Assembly: GCA_010093705.1 (NCBI GenBank)
Contig: MU006090.1
Coordinates: forward strand, 744,001 to 808,000
DNA length: 64,000 nucleotides
Direction of reading: 5' to 3'
DNA from: Patellaria atrata CBS 101060
Lineage: Eukaryota
Positions 62,563 to 64,000 of the stretch are shown here, piece after piece. The notes below the pieces were generated by a model. That model ran no database searches. It had not been told where the DNA came from and saw nothing but the letters and a program-made list of their open reading frames with translations. The first letter of the stretch is position 1. Each line of letters starts with the position of its first letter. The position numbers and the translations under genes were made by a program.

Positions 62563-64000
62563 ATGTCGGAGCCTCAGCACTTGAGCGGCCGCCCCTCTGC
62601 ACCAACTGCTCAACAACAACAACAACAACAGGACACTGACTCCCCACAAAGAGAAAAGGACTCCCGCCGTCGACCCCAACCAAAGCTTTCTAAATCTCAA
62701 GGAGCGTCTTCTAAATCCTTAAAGACTAACTCGCGTTCACGCCAAACACAATCGCGCGACTCTTTCGGCCCCCACAACGGCTCGTCCCGGAAAGACGTTT
62801 CCACGATGCAAAGATCAGCTAGTTCTTCCGACTTACCAACTGAGCATATCACTTACACGAAAACCGGAAGAATCAGCAAGGCTAAGAAAGGATTGAAAGT
62901 TCATTACTGTACCGAGTGCGGAAAGGTATGTCTCTCATCTCTCGTTCAAACCTCCACCTCAACAACCACTTCACCACTTCAACACTTCGGATACTTCAAT
63001 CATTTGATCTATCAACTGCATTCGTATACACTCTCTAGAAATGAAGAGGTCCTCGTTCATACTTTCTCTGCGCTTTTCATCATCAATAAAACCTTCACTG
63101 CTTGATTGTCGCTCGTCGTATCGAGATACACTAACATCTAAATATTCAGGCGTATACTCGTGCAGAACATCTAAGACGACATCAGCAAAACCATAATGCT
63201 AACCCTCTGCGATGCGAGTGGCCCGGTTGTAGACGGACTTTCCATCGTGAGGATCTTCTCGTACGCCACATGGAGAAGCAGTAAGTTCAATTACATATCA
63301 ACTTCATCGTGATCACTAACTTTCAATAGTAATAACGACGGTGGTATAAACACTGCAAGAGGTAGCTCCGTTGGGAGCCAAAGCTCTGTTGCTCCGTCAC
63401 CAGTCTCTCTACCGTCTCATATTCCGACAATGACGACAATGGATATGCCCGTTACTATGGCAGTGTCAGCAAGTCCATCTGCTCTAAGGTATACACCAGC
63501 TCGATTTGTTACTCCTCAACCTATTGGTTCTTTCCTTGGCCCGTCTAATAAGTGAGTTTGGTCGGAGACTTGGTAGTTCTTGTCTCATACACCTCTAATT
63601 GGGCTTTTCCTAATGTTTTTGTTCTACTTCAAGGTCCATAACTAACTCTCATTTTCACAGCGCGGCGAACAAGACCCATTGTGCAGCCAGTGCGAATAAC
63701 TCATATCGCGGCCCTCAAGTATCGATCCCGTCTGATGGATCCCCATCGTTTACCCACGTACCACTCTCAGAGCCATGGGGAATGTCACCGCAGTACTCCT
63801 CCTCCAGTGGTTACGCTTCACCACATGAGTGTCTACCCTTACTCGGGCCCGGTGTTCCATCCTATAGACCTCGCAGCGTCTCGAATGCATCAATGGATGG
63901 ACCGTGGCAATTACCGTATACGAACGCATCTCGATCACCACAGTCAGCAACGTCAACGTTACCTTTATACTGGGCTGATGTAGATAAATCCACCTATCCT
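62563..64000 (+). CDS. C2H2 zinc-finger transcription factor, 3' end beyond the window; exons 62563-62925, 63150-63280, 63330-63551, 63661->64000
   Basis: TYTKTGRISKAKKG, finger 1 CTECGK|AYTRAEHLRRHQQNH and finger 2 CEWPGCRRTFHREDLLVRHMEKH; poly-Q (CAA)n near 62611; last exon open to the window end. Confidence 0.9.

Noticed and set aside
1..64000. tRNA, rRNA and secondary-metabolite cluster search by eye
   Set aside because: GTTCGA-like hits lack cloverleaf context; no rRNA-like sequence; no PKS, NRPS or terpene synthase present.

Overview
Eukaryotic DNA from a filamentous ascomycete, probably a Dothideomycete-like Pezizomycotina fungus (inferred from short GT-AG introns with CTRAY branch points and from the gene content). 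Positions 0.7-52.8 kb are gene-dense, with 17 protein genes I could model by hand, most of them spliced. In order: a Zn-dependent alcohol dehydrogenase, HAS1 helicase, a ~1780-aa disordered hypothetical protein, isocitrate lyase, a DHA1 MFS transporter, an FAD-linked oxidase, a class I chitin synthase, a LMW tyrosine phosphatase, SRP40, SEC3, two divergent F-box-like orphans, a CAP59/GT69 mannosyltransferase, an EAF-domain protein, COG8, a UBE2O-like E2/E3 and V-ATPase subunit a. An ~9.8 kb gene-poor stretch follows, then the 5' part of a C2H2 transcription factor that runs off the window end. Features not shown by the ORF track: a degenerate triple ~220-bp non-coding tandem repeat, a TA-flanked ~250-bp MITE-like element with transition-diverged TIRs, a frameshifted phosphotransferase-like pseudogene, an 18-bp minisatellite spanning a 100-N assembly gap, a GC-AG intron, and several stop-free 3n introns (one inside a catalytic loop). 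I found no tRNA, rRNA or CRISPR. No clearly novel multi-gene system is proven. The best leads are the triple repeat and its flanking motifs, the shared ICL/MFS promoter motif and the F-box-like pair. All family assignments come from motif recognition, not database searches.
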